Of a stretch of 64,000 nt of DNA, positions 1 through 9,670 are shown in pieces. Origin of the DNA: Blastocatellia bacterium. Lineage in GTDB: Bacteria > Acidobacteriota > Blastocatellia > UBA7656. A model generated the notes under the pieces. The model worked only from the letters and a program-made list of their open reading frames with translations. It was not told the origin of the DNA and did no database searches. Each line of letters begins with the position of its first letter. Position 1 is the stretch's first letter. The translations under genes were made by a program, and so were the position numbers. The stretch lies in contig CAVXWP010000001.1 in NCBI GenBank assembly GCA_963765495.1, forward strand, positions 1,088,001 through 1,152,000, given 5' to 3'.

Positions 1-550
1 GTCAAATTTGGTGGCCGAAGCCTACTCCTGTTGGGTAAGCAAGTCAATTGCAATAGACAAACTCATCTTTAGCCTCCAAACATTGAGCAGTAAGCCTTAA
101 AAACCGACGGTAAACCTCCTCACATAAAGGAGATGAGGATAATTGGGGCGCAAGAGACGACGAGGCGGATCCTAAGCACTAGCTGGCTCAAAAAAATTCC
201 CCCAGAGAAAAAAGTAGAGCACTCAACATCGCAAACTTTGCCATTGAATCCGGCTCCAGTTTGCCTACAGGAGTGTCTATTAGCTCAATAAATGAGGCGT
301 GGCTCAGCCTAGGAGTGAATCAAGGGCGTTGGTTGGCAGGCAAGTGTAAGTAGGCCAAAAACACGAAAACAAAAGCGTCCATTTTGTCTCTAAATAGCCA
401 TTGAAAGATAGCTCTGAAAAGCCATAATAGAGTTGGTCACTAGCGAGGCAAACGGGAATGAAAACGGGAAGTAAACAACTGGTTGAAACCCAAGATTCCG
501 CTATCTCTTTGATAAGAAAAGGTTGAAGCCCGTCGAACCAACAAAAATTT
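1..550. mobile_element. Probable end of an element inserted into tRNA-Pro (continues left of the window)
   Basis: Abrupt change to AT-richer, non-coding-looking sequence exactly at the tRNA break point. No integrase is visible in the window. Confidence 0.45.
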
Positions 551-596
<46 letters not shown>

Positions 597-608
597 CAAC
601 CGTTCGTT

Positions 609-638
609 ATTCTAAAGGAGTCCGCAAGGATTGGTCAA
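609..638 (-). promoter_or_regulatory. sigma70-type promoter of the tRNA-Pro fragment
   Basis: TTGACC-N18-TAGAAT on the minus strand, ending 13 nt before the tRNA 5' end. Confidence 0.6.
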
Positions 639-777
639 AGGGAATCTAAATCAGCCACACAAGCTCGGCGCTAACGAACAGGGCTATTCAATTCTCAGAT
701 TTCCCTTGCCGAGATGACAGGAACCCATTGATTCCCTTATGAAAATGCTTTGCAGGCTTTTGCTCGGTCAATCTCCA

Positions 778-2556
778 TCACGATGCCGCTTGCGTGACCG
801 AGAGCTTGAGCGCTGCTGCGTTCTTCAGCGTTTCGTCAGACTTTACTTCCATTCGGTCGTAGGCGACGCCCCATTTTGAGGCCAGATATTCCGCGATTGT
901 TTTCGCGCGTTCTCCGGCAATGGTTTCTCGCTCGCCTCGCCCGTCGCCCATATTTATCTCAAGCCGCAATCCCGTCCGACGTTGCAATATCTGTCCGGCG
1001 AGGTCGAGCGCGGCTGAACTGGTCGCGGTCAATTCGGATTTATTTCTTTTGAACTCTATCTGTCCGACCAAAGCCGGGATACGCTCGAGGCTTACGGCGG
1101 CAGCCGGATAATTCAAACTCGCCTTGATCTGGTCTGCGATTAGCGATTCGGCGTCGGGTTCTATGTCGCGCTCGCTCAGATAGCTCACCGTTATCTGCAA
1201 AGGGTTGAGAGTACCTGTCTCGACTCTGTAATCGAGCATTTGAGCGGGCGGGGGAAGTCTCAACTCGCCCAGGGCCGATTCTATGCCCTGCAAGAAACCA
1301 GCTTGCAATTGAGCAACAGTGGGAGGGGCGGGCGGGCGGGATTCTTCTCCGACTTTGGCCGCAAGCTCGCTTGATGTAGTGGGTATCTCGACTATCTGCA
1401 AGTCTATGGAATCGGCGGGACGGTTGAGGCGGGCAGCTACAACCCGCGTGAATTCGTTTCTTTCGCTCGGAGAGTACGGCTTTTTGGTGAATACTCGCAT
1501 GAAGAGCGCGAGCTTGTCGGGCAGCATCGAAACTGAAAGCTGATCGAGATAAGATCTCGGTTCGCCCGACGGCAGTCGTTCGAAATCCTGCTGCCAAAGC
1601 TGGGTTGCCGCCAAGCGAATGCGATTGCTCTCCTGCTTCCGGGAAAAGTCGCGTCTGAGCTGGTTAAAGGATTCGGTGAGCGGGATCAGGATCACGAGTA
1701 TAGGGATGCCTATGAGTATGAATCGGCCCGGCAGACTGCCTATGCTTTTGATCTTGTCCGATACGCGAAACCGCCTTAAAACATCCTGACAGACTGCGCT
1801 CTCTTTATCTTCTTTGCACCATTCGTGGACTCGATTGCGGACCTCTTTCGTATCAATGTGGAGGGCCAGGAAGACCAGCATTGCGCTGAAGGTGATGGCT
1901 ACGAGGTTGGTCAGAAAGAGCAATCCGCCGCCGCGAGCCACCGTCATTCCCTGAGATACATTCAGGCTGAAAGCGACGCCCAGACCGTAGCCGACAACAC
2001 ACAGCGGCGGCATAAGGGCTACCGCAATCGCTACGCCTGGAATGCTTGTGACCACTCCTTTCACTTCCTTACAGGTGGCTATCGAGCCTATCGCGCCTGA
2101 AAAGAGCGCCACTACGAGATCGAGCGTGTTTGGTTGAGTGCGCGCCGCTATTTCAGGAGTCATCTCTTTGAAAGGAAGCAAGCCGACCAGCAGGACCGAA
2201 AATGCTACGGCCACTATGCTGCTTATCATAAGGCTTGTAATGGACCGCAATCCGAGCACGACGTCGCCCGCGGCAAGGGCGAGCCCGCCCGACAGTATCG
2301 GACCCATCAGCGGGGAGATAAGCATGGCTCCTATGATGACGGCGGGGCTGCCAAGCACAAGTCCTATAGTGGCTATGCCGCTTGCAAATAGAATTTGCAG
2401 CCAGTAACTCGCGTCTATGAGCGAGGCCGATTTGGAAAGCTCTATATAAATCTCTTCTTTGCGTTCGGGCCGGACCCCCAGACTCCTGGCAAACCAATTT
2501 CTGCGGCGACCTCGAAGCCCGGTCTCGGATTTTTTCGCCTGCTCAAAACTGCTCAT
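778..2556 (-). CDS. DUF389 (TIGR00341-like) membrane protein with C-terminal OmpA-like domain
   Basis: Motifs SPAVIIGAMLISPLMGPI, ARTQPNTLDLVVAL and PGVAIAVALMPPL. The C-terminus (IEFKRNKSEL...ERAKTIAEYL) resembles OmpA_C. Confidence 0.8.
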   Translation of the reverse strand: MSSFEQAKKSETGLRGRRRNWFARSLGVRPERKEEIYIELSKSASLIDASYWLQILFASGIATIGLVLGSPAVIIGAMLISPLMGPILSGGLALAAGDVVLGLRSITSLMISSIVAVAFSVLLVGLLPFKEMTPEIAARTQPNTLDLVVALFSGAIGSIATCKEVKGVVTSIPGVAIAVALMPPLCVVGYGLGVAFSLNVSQGMTVARGGGLLFLTNLVAITFSAMLVFLALHIDTKEVRNRVHEWCKEDKESAVCQDVLRRFRVSDKIKSIGSLPGRFILIGIPILVILIPLTESFNQLRRDFSRKQESNRIRLAATQLWQQDFERLPSGEPRSYLDQLSVSMLPDKLALFMRVFTKKPYSPSERNEFTRVVAARLNRPADSIDLQIVEIPTTSSELAAKVGEESRPPAPPTVAQLQAGFLQGIESALGELRLPPPAQMLDYRVETGTLNPLQITVSYLSERDIEPDAESLIADQIKASLNYPAAAVSLERIPALVGQIEFKRNKSELTATSSAALDLAGQILQRRTGLRLEINMGDGRGERETIAGERAKTIAEYLASKWGVAYDRMEVKSDETLKNAAALKLSVTQAAS

Positions 2557-2921
2557 GCGACTCTCCTCAACTTTGGAAGGAATTTCGGCAAAGAGTGTAG
2601 TTGAAAGCTGCCGGACTGTCTAACTTCGGAGCCGAAAAGGCCGTTTAATCAGAGCGCAAGAGCCGGGCCATACGGTCTTCCAAAATGTAGGAGGGGGAAA
2701 TTGAAACAGGCCACGGATGAACGCGGCCCGTTCCGATCTGCCTTTCAATCAAATTCATTTGCAACGATAGACCGGGAACAGGCGCGGGTTGGATGAAAAC
2801 AATCGGGCCAGGGTAAACTGGCAAAAACCGGCCTGTCGTCGCGCTTTATCTTTGGACGATTATGAGTGTCTTTATATTTTGTGGTTCTGCGTATGGGCCG
2901 ATGATTCGATCCCGAACCGGG

Positions 2922-3566
2922 TCAATGCCTTGCGACAGCCTTCTTGATCATATCGGCAATCTCTTTATGCTTCTGGCTCGAGGCGAAGTCTGCGGCCACG
3001 TACCCGGATTTGTCTTTCTCGTCAACTCTGGCCCCGTTTTCAAGCAGCGTCTTTACTGCCTCTGTATGGCCCCAATAGGCCGCAAGCATCAGGGCGGTGC
3101 GTCCCTCTTCATTCTTGGCATTGATGTCGGCCTTGTGTTCGAGCAGAGCTTTAAGAGGCTCGACGCGGCCACGCGCGGCGGCCTCGATCAGGGCGGTACG
3201 CCCCTCTTTGTTTTTTAGCTTCACATCTGCGCCTCTGGTCAGCAGTTCCTGAACAATCTCAGTATGACCATTCTGCGCCGCATCCATAAGGGCAGTGTGT
3301 CCGCTCGAATCCTGGCCGTTTATGTCAGCGCCTTTCTCGAGCAACATCTTCACGGCATCCAACCGGCCCCAGTAAGCCGCCTCCGTAAGCGGGGTCCGTC
3401 CGGTCGTGGATTTCGCATTGACGTCAACGCCGTCCTTTATCAGCGATTCTATCTGCTTGATATCTCCTTTTTTGGCTGCCTCAGCCAGATCGGAGTTCCG
3501 ATCCGCCCCGTAGACGGTCAGCGAAATCAGGAGCGCCATTAACAATCCTGCCACGCGTTTGCACAT
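2922..3566 (-). CDS. Secreted ankyrin-repeat protein
   Basis: Signal peptide plus about 5 ankyrin repeats (GRTPLTEAA, GHTALMDAA, GRTALIEAA, GRTALMLAA). Confidence 0.9.
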   Translation of the reverse strand: MCKRVAGLLMALLISLTVYGADRNSDLAEAAKKGDIKQIESLIKDGVDVNAKSTTGRTPLTEAAYWGRLDAVKMLLEKGADINGQDSSGHTALMDAAQNGHTEIVQELLTRGADVKLKNKEGRTALIEAAARGRVEPLKALLEHKADINAKNEEGRTALMLAAYWGHTEAVKTLLENGARVDEKDKSGYVAADFASSQKHKEIADMIKKAVARH

Positions 3567-3920
3567 GATAAGGTTTCCTCCTTAAATGAGATTAAGAGTT
3601 ATTACTATTAAATTGGCTGTGGCCGTTTGCGCTGCTGTAGGAGTGCCGCCGCTCCCGGCCGTTTCTCTTAACAGTATATTCGTCTGTTTAGAGCATCATC
3701 TCTTTTGAGATGAAACAGGTCGAAACCATTGCCCTTTTCGGCCTTTCTGAGGCCGGGGCAATTGAGCTGGTCTCGACTTTTGTATTGAACTCTGAAATAA
3801 AGATAGTTCTTTGCGCACCGATCTGCAACGCCAAAATTGCCTTCTTGCAAACTCTCCGGCCCCGCTAATGGTTTGCGCGCCCTTGAAACGGTGTGCTAGC
3901 ATCGCCTCTTAGGTGAAACG

Positions 3921-5195
3921 ATGAGCGAGCAAGAACGTCCCATAAGAAAAACGATACTGGAGAATGGACTCACCATTATCACTGAGCGGATGAGCCACGT
4001 AAGATCAGCCTCCGTAGGCATCTGGGTGCGCTCCGGGTCGCGCCACGAATCGGCCCCGCTCAACGGCATTTCCCACTTTATCGAGCACACGCTTTTTAAG
4101 GGCACGCGCAATCGCACGTCGCGCGAAATAGCCGTCGAAAGCGACGCCATCGGCGGTCACGTGGACGCATTTACGAGCCGCGAAGTGGCCAGCTATTACG
4201 TAAAAGTGCTTGACGAACATCTGCCGCGCGCATTCGATCTGCTCGGCGATCTTGTGACCGCGCCGCTTTTCGACAGCACCGAGCTTGACCGCGAGCGAAA
4301 CGTCGTGCTTGAAGAGATCAAGATGGTCGAAGACGCGCCCGACGATCTGGTCCACGAAACCTTCGTCTCAAATTTCTGGCCCGATCACCCGCTTGGCCGT
4401 TCGATACTCGGCACATCCGATACCCTGGCCACGTTTGACCACGAACGCGTAGCCAAATATTTTGACGATATTTACACGCCGCGCAATCTCGTGGTTGCGG
4501 GCGCGGGAAATCTCGATCACGACAGTTTCGTCGAAATGGTGAGCAGACATCTGGGCGGTATGCTTGATCGTCCGTGCGAATTGAGCGTATCCGTGCCTTC
4601 CTCCGACCCGTGCCGCATAATACTGCCCAAAGACCTGGAGCAGGCGCACCTCGTTCTTGGGGCGCGTTGCCCTTCGATGGTTTCCGAAGACCGTTACACG
4701 GTACATGTTCTGAACGTAATCTTAGGCGGCGGAATGAGCTCGCGGCTGTTTCAAACGATAAGGGAAGAGCACGGACTCGCCTACTCGGTTTATTCGGGCG
4801 TGAACGCTTACACGGACGCCGGATATCTGGCCGTCTATGCCGCAACCTCGCCCGATCAGATCACCGAGGTCATCCGTTTGAGCATGGAAGAGTTCAACAA
4901 ACTGGAGACCGAGCACGTGCCTGAATCCGAATTGCAACGGGCCAAAGATCAACTCAAGGTCTCGATAATGCTCAGCCTCGAATCAACCTCTGCGCGAATG
5001 AGCAATCTGGCCCGGCAAGAGATATTCTTCGGTCGGCAGTTTACGCTTGACGAGATACTCGACCGCATCGAGCGCGTCTCGGTTGAGGACGTGCAGCGGA
5101 TAGCGCGCGACATATTCGGCGGCAGCGAACTTGCTATCACTGCTCTCGGGCAGCTTGAAAACCTCGATCTGGAAAGCCTGCAACTTGCTTATTAA
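3921..5195 (+). CDS. M16 (pitrilysin family) zinc peptidase
   Basis: Inverted zinc motif HFIEH and GGGMSSRLF...IRE..GLAYSV. Confidence 0.92.
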   Translation: MSEQERPIRKTILENGLTIITERMSHVRSASVGIWVRSGSRHESAPLNGISHFIEHTLFKGTRNRTSREIAVESDAIGGHVDAFTSREVASYYVKVLDEHLPRAFDLLGDLVTAPLFDSTELDRERNVVLEEIKMVEDAPDDLVHETFVSNFWPDHPLGRSILGTSDTLATFDHERVAKYFDDIYTPRNLVVAGAGNLDHDSFVEMVSRHLGGMLDRPCELSVSVPSSDPCRIILPKDLEQAHLVLGARCPSMVSEDRYTVHVLNVILGGGMSSRLFQTIREEHGLAYSVYSGVNAYTDAGYLAVYAATSPDQITEVIRLSMEEFNKLETEHVPESELQRAKDQLKVSIMLSLESTSARMSNLARQEIFFGRQFTLDEILDRIERVSVEDVQRIARDIFGGSELAITALGQLENLDLESLQLAY

Positions 5196-5197
5196 GG

Positions 5198-5283
5198 CGG
5201 TGATCGGTGGTCAGTTGTGGATTTAGCTTTCAACAGCATTTTTCTTTTCTATAAACTACCGACCACCGGCCACCAACCACTGA
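5198..5283. repeat. Hairpin element with inverted heptamer-repeat arms (GGTGGTC/ACCACCG type)
   Basis: cggtgatcggtggtcagttgtgg ... ctaccgaccaccggccaccaaccact, directly after the M16 stop codon. Confidence 0.6.
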
Positions 5284-5290
5284 TTGCTAA

Positions 5291-6085
5291 ATGAGATTGA
5301 TCGTTTTAGGCAGCGGAAGCTCCGGCAACGCCGTTTATATCGAGACGGGTGAGACCCGCGTGCTTGTTGACGTAGGGCTTTCGGCCAAACAGACCGCCTT
5401 GCGAATGACCGAAGCGGGGCTCGATCCGGCAAAACTCACCGCCATCGTCGTCACTCACGAACACGCCGATCACGTCAAAGGCGTTCGCGTCATGTCAAAG
5501 ACAGCCGAAGTCCCGGTCTTTATTTCCGAGCCTACGCGGGCCGAATGCCGCTTCCCCGGTAACGGCGATGGTATACGCTGGGGTGAGACCATCTCTTCAA
5601 GCGAATCGTTTCAAATCGGGGAGATGAATTTTCATCCCTTCACAATCCCTCACGACGGAGTTGATACCTTCGCATTCACAGTCGAGTCACGCGGCGTCAA
5701 GGTCGCCATCGTCACAGACCTCGGCTACATAACGCAACTCGTGGCCGAACGGATGAAAGGCTCGAACCTCATAGTCATAGAATCGAATCACGACCGCGAC
5801 ATGCTTAAGGTAGGCCCCTATCCGTGGCCGCTCAAGCAACGCATAGCGAGCAACCTCGGCCACCTGTCGAATGACGAGACGGCGCGCTGGCTGAGGGAAG
5901 ATTTTGACGGGCGTGCCGAGTATCTGGTGCTTGCGCATCTTTCCCGGCAATGCAACCACCCGGAGCTTGCGCGGCTTTCAGCCCGTCAGGCGCTCGAATC
6001 GCGCGGGCCTTCGTTTTTTCCTGACGCCGACCGCCGTGTCGAGGTTGCCTTTCACGACCGCCCGACCCGGTGGTTTGAGCTTTGA
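5291..6085 (+). CDS. MBL-fold metallo-hydrolase (YycJ/WalJ-like)
   Basis: LGSGSSGN, THEHADH, TDLG, ESNHD, GHLSN and LAHLS motifs. Confidence 0.88.
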   Translation: MRLIVLGSGSSGNAVYIETGETRVLVDVGLSAKQTALRMTEAGLDPAKLTAIVVTHEHADHVKGVRVMSKTAEVPVFISEPTRAECRFPGNGDGIRWGETISSSESFQIGEMNFHPFTIPHDGVDTFAFTVESRGVKVAIVTDLGYITQLVAERMKGSNLIVIESNHDRDMLKVGPYPWPLKQRIASNLGHLSNDETARWLREDFDGRAEYLVLAHLSRQCNHPELARLSARQALESRGPSFFPDADRRVEVAFHDRPTRWFEL

Positions 6086-6108
6086 GATTTTAACCCTGGG
6101 ATTTTAAG

Positions 6109-7404
6109 ATGATTTCGCGTTATACATTGCCCGAAATGGGCGCGGTCTGGACCGAAGAGAATAGATTTCAAAAATGGCTCGACGTAGAGATAGCCGTGTG
6201 CGAAGTCCACGCCGAGATGGGAACTATCCCTCGCGAGGCGGTCGATGTCATTCGCAAAAAAGCGAGCTTTACAGTCGAGCGCATAAAAGAGATAGAGCGC
6301 ACCACCCGCCACGATGTTATAGCCTTCACCACGGCTCTTGCGGAAAATATCGGGCCTGAATCGCGCTTCGTGCATTACGGGCTTACCTCTTCCGACGTGG
6401 TCGATACCGCCAACGCCCTGCTTATGCGGGATGCGGCTGCGCTTATCATCAGCGACCTTGAGCGGCTGGCCCCCGTGTTTCGCCGCCGCGCGATGGAGCA
6501 CAAACAGACTCGCATGATAGGGCGCACGCACGGTGTTCACGCCGAGCCTACTACGTTCGGCATGGTGATGGCGCTTTATTACGCCGACAACGAGCGCAAC
6601 CTTGAACGGATGCATAGAGCGAAGGAGCTTATCAGCTACGGCAAGATTTCGGGCGCGGTCGGCACATTCGCTCACCTCGACCCGGAGGTCGAAGAGCGCG
6701 TGTGTCAAAAGCTCGGACTGCGGCCCGCTCCCATCTCGACTCAGGTCATTCAACGCGACCGCTATGCGGAATTTCTTTCTGCGCTCGCGATCATCGCGGC
6801 TTCGATGGAGAAGATCGCCTTAGAGGTGCGCCACCTTCAGCGCACCGAAGTGCGCGAGGCGCAAGAGCCGTTTTCAGCCGGGCAGAAGGGGTCGTCGGCC
6901 ATGCCTCACAAGCGAAACCCCGTCACGAGCGAGCAGATATGCGGGCTTGCGCGGGTGGCGCGAGCGAATGCTCACGCGGGATTTGAAAACATAGCCCTGT
7001 GGCACGAGCGCGACATTTCGCATTCTTCGGTCGAGCGCGTCATCCTTCCCGATACCTGTATACTAACCGATTATCTGCTTCACAAAACCGAATGGCTGAT
7101 AGGCGGTCTGATAGTAAACGCCGACCGCATGCGGGCAAATCTTGAAGGGCTTGGCGGAGTGGCCGCAAGCGGGCAGTTATTATTAAAGCTGACCGAACGA
7201 GGGGTGACTCGCGAAGACGCCTACGCGCTTGTGCAGCCGCTCGCCATGCGCGTGTGGGATGAGGGAGCCAACTTTCAGGAACTCGTTTTTGAGGACAATC
7301 AGATCACGGAAAAGCTCACCCGGTCGGAACTCGAAGAGCTGTTTGACATAGATCGACAGCTACGCAATGTTGATAAAGTGTTTGATAGAGTCTTTAAGGA
7401 ATAG
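6109..7404 (+). CDS. purB: Adenylosuccinate lyase
   Basis: MISRY start, GRTHGVHAEP and GSSAMPHKRNP signature. Confidence 0.97.
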   Translation: MISRYTLPEMGAVWTEENRFQKWLDVEIAVCEVHAEMGTIPREAVDVIRKKASFTVERIKEIERTTRHDVIAFTTALAENIGPESRFVHYGLTSSDVVDTANALLMRDAAALIISDLERLAPVFRRRAMEHKQTRMIGRTHGVHAEPTTFGMVMALYYADNERNLERMHRAKELISYGKISGAVGTFAHLDPEVEERVCQKLGLRPAPISTQVIQRDRYAEFLSALAIIAASMEKIALEVRHLQRTEVREAQEPFSAGQKGSSAMPHKRNPVTSEQICGLARVARANAHAGFENIALWHERDISHSSVERVILPDTCILTDYLLHKTEWLIGGLIVNADRMRANLEGLGGVAASGQLLLKLTERGVTREDAYALVQPLAMRVWDEGANFQELVFEDNQITEKLTRSELEELFDIDRQLRNVDKVFDRVFKE

Positions 7405-7482
7405 GGGGCGGGGGCCGGGGGCCAGGAGCCGGTGCGTTTGAGCGCCGACCCCGCCCCCCGCCCCCTGACCCCCGACCCCCGA
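7405..7482. repeat. Hairpin element with G-rich/C-rich heptamer arms (GGGGCCG / GACCCCC)
   Basis: ggggcgggggccgggggccagg ... ccgaccccgccccccgccccctgacccccgacccccg fills the purB-purS spacer. Confidence 0.75.
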
Positions 7483-7484
7483 TT

Positions 7485-7742
7485 ATGAAAGCCAGAATCT
7501 ACGTCACGCTAAAACCTTCCGTGCTCGATCCGCAGGGCAAGGCCATTCATCACGCTGTAGAGACGCTCGGTTACAAGAGCATCACAGATGTTCGACAGGG
7601 AAAGTATTTCGAGATCACGCTCCGGGGTGATATGTCGAAAGAGGATGCCCGCGCCGAGGTCGAACGCATGGCCAGGGACGTTCTCGCAAATCCTGTGATG
7701 GAAAACTTCTCCATCGAGATGGATGCCGAAGAGCAATCTTAA
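7485..7742 (+). CDS. purS: Phosphoribosylformylglycinamidine synthase subunit PurS
   Basis: LKPSVLDPQG, VRQGKYF and LANPVME motifs; follows purB. Confidence 0.95.
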   Translation: MKARIYVTLKPSVLDPQGKAIHHAVETLGYKSITDVRQGKYFEITLRGDMSKEDARAEVERMARDVLANPVMENFSIEMDAEEQS

Positions 7743-7802
7743 ATTTACCGCTGCGCGATTAGGCGGGTCGTCGGGCTATTACAGTGTAGTTTGACATGTA
7801 TA

Positions 7803-7887
7803 GTAGGGGCAGGGCTTGTCCCTGCCCGGATCGCCCAAAGGGCGATGACTAACGCGCGATTCGGGCAGCCACAAGGGCTGCCCCTAC
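7803..7887. repeat. GTAG-type REP doublet (REPIN-like)
   Basis: GTAGGGGCAGGGCTTGTCCCTGCCC (7803-7827) and inverted GTAGGGGCAGCCCTTGTGGCTGCCC (7887-7863); each is GTAG plus a palindrome. Confidence 0.8.
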
Positions 7888-8001
7888 ATTTTTGCTTGCC
7901 TAGCTTCCTTTCCGGTCCGGCTTTACAACGCGGGAAGAGTTTTATATCCTGCCAGGACGCAAAAAAACGGGGATTCGACGCACCCCTCAGGGAGACCGAG
8001 T

Positions 8002-9561
8002 GTGAGTATAGTCAGCAGCCTCAAGCAAACCATCGCCTCGAAACCTGAAAGCCCGTCCGTAATATGCGGCGACACGCGGCTGAACTTTAAACAGCTTGAC
8101 GCGCGAATAAACAGGCTATCGAGCGCGCTTGAGCATCTGGGCCTTCGACAGGGTGATCGCGTGGCGATCCTTGCTTTCAACTGTCACCGCTACATCGAAC
8201 TCTATTACGCTCTCGCGCAAATGGGCGCAGTCGTGGTGCCTATAAATTTTCGACTCCCCGCACAGGAAATCTCCTACATCGTAAACCATTCAGGCTCGCG
8301 AGCCATCGCCGTAGACGATCAACTCGCGCCGCTTCTCGAATCCGTTCGCCCGCAGCTTGAGACCATAGAGCACTTCATTTCGCTCAGCCCCGAGGCGCGC
8401 GCGGGTTATTTCGCCTATGAAGATTTGCTCGACATCGGCTCCGAAAAATTCGACGCGCCTCGCATAGGCAAAGACGATTTGCTCGGATTGTTCTACACGT
8501 CAGGCACGACGGGCGAGCCCAAAGGAGTGATGCTCACGCACGAAAACATTCTGGCAAACGTGCGGAATTCAGAGCCGTTTTGGGAGCATAAACCGGAGGA
8601 TGTATATCTGCACGCCGCGCCCATGTTTCATCTGGCCGACGGCGCGGCGATATTTTCAAACATCGCAAGAGGGACCGCGCAGGCTTCGATCCCGCGTTTC
8701 GATCCGAAAGAGGTTCTTGAAATGATAGCGCGCGAGCGAGTAACTACGATAGTGCTCGTGCCGACGATGATCAATTTTCTGTTACAACAGCCCGCTCTTG
8801 CCTCATACGATCTGTCATCGCTGCGCCAGATCACTTACGGCGCAGCCCCCATCGCGCCCGACCTTTTGCGTCGAGCTATGGATGCGTTTGGCTGCCGTTT
8901 CGGGCAGGGGTATGGGTTGACAGAGGCCTCGCCGCTTCTGACCGTGCTGACATCCGAAGACCATATCATCACGGATGAGAAAAGCCTGCGCCGCTTGAGT
9001 TCGTGCGGAAAGCCCGTGGCGGGCCTTGAGGTGCGGGTCGTAAAAGAGGGCGGCGCTGATGTCGCTCCCGGCGAAGTGGGAGAGATAATCGCTCGCGGGC
9101 CTAACATCATGCTCGGCTACTGGAAGCGGCCCGAAGATACCGAGCTTGCGATTCGCGATGGGTGGCTACACACGGGCGACCTCGCTACGGTTGACGAAGA
9201 CGGCTATCTCTATCTGGTTGATCGCAAGAAAGACATGATCGTCACGGGCGGCGAAAACGTCTACTCGACCGAAGTCGAGGCCGCGCTTTACGCTCACCCT
9301 TCGGTGAAAGAGGCCGCCGTAATAGCGGTGCCCGACGAAACGTGGGGCGAGGCGGTTCATGCCTGTGTGGTCTTAGGCGACCGGGAGCGGCTGACGGCCG
9401 AAGAGTTGATAGAATTTTGTCGCGGCAGACTTGCCGGTTACAAGCTGCCGCGCGAAGTGGAATTTATCGAAGGCGAATTGCCCAAAGGTGGCTCGGGAAA
9501 GATACTCAAGAAAGAACTCCGCGAGCGCCACTGGCAAGGCCGTTCGCGCAGGATCAGCTAA
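8002..9561 (+). CDS. Long-chain fatty-acid--CoA ligase (AMP-binding family)
   Basis: YTSGTTGEPKG, GYGLTE, GWLHTGD and GKILK motifs. Confidence 0.92.
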   Translation: MSIVSSLKQTIASKPESPSVICGDTRLNFKQLDARINRLSSALEHLGLRQGDRVAILAFNCHRYIELYYALAQMGAVVVPINFRLPAQEISYIVNHSGSRAIAVDDQLAPLLESVRPQLETIEHFISLSPEARAGYFAYEDLLDIGSEKFDAPRIGKDDLLGLFYTSGTTGEPKGVMLTHENILANVRNSEPFWEHKPEDVYLHAAPMFHLADGAAIFSNIARGTAQASIPRFDPKEVLEMIARERVTTIVLVPTMINFLLQQPALASYDLSSLRQITYGAAPIAPDLLRRAMDAFGCRFGQGYGLTEASPLLTVLTSEDHIITDEKSLRRLSSCGKPVAGLEVRVVKEGGADVAPGEVGEIIARGPNIMLGYWKRPEDTELAIRDGWLHTGDLATVDEDGYLYLVDRKKDMIVTGGENVYSTEVEAALYAHPSVKEAAVIAVPDETWGEAVHACVVLGDRERLTAEELIEFCRGRLAGYKLPREVEFIEGELPKGGSGKILKKELRERHWQGRSRRIS

Positions 9562-9562
9562 A

Positions 9563-9658
9563 GTGATTCGTGATCTGGCAGACTTGCAAATAGTCTTGGA
9601 CAGGTGGCCTATCTGAAAATCACGGATCACGGATCACGTGGGCGCATCACGAATCACG
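9563..9658 (-). repeat. GTGA/TCAC heptamer-armed element with conserved 44-bp core (copy 1)
   Basis: Arms gtgattcgtgat / atcacggatcacggatcacg; core 9575-9618. Confidence 0.85.
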
Positions 9659-9670
9659 TAAAGGAGAGCT

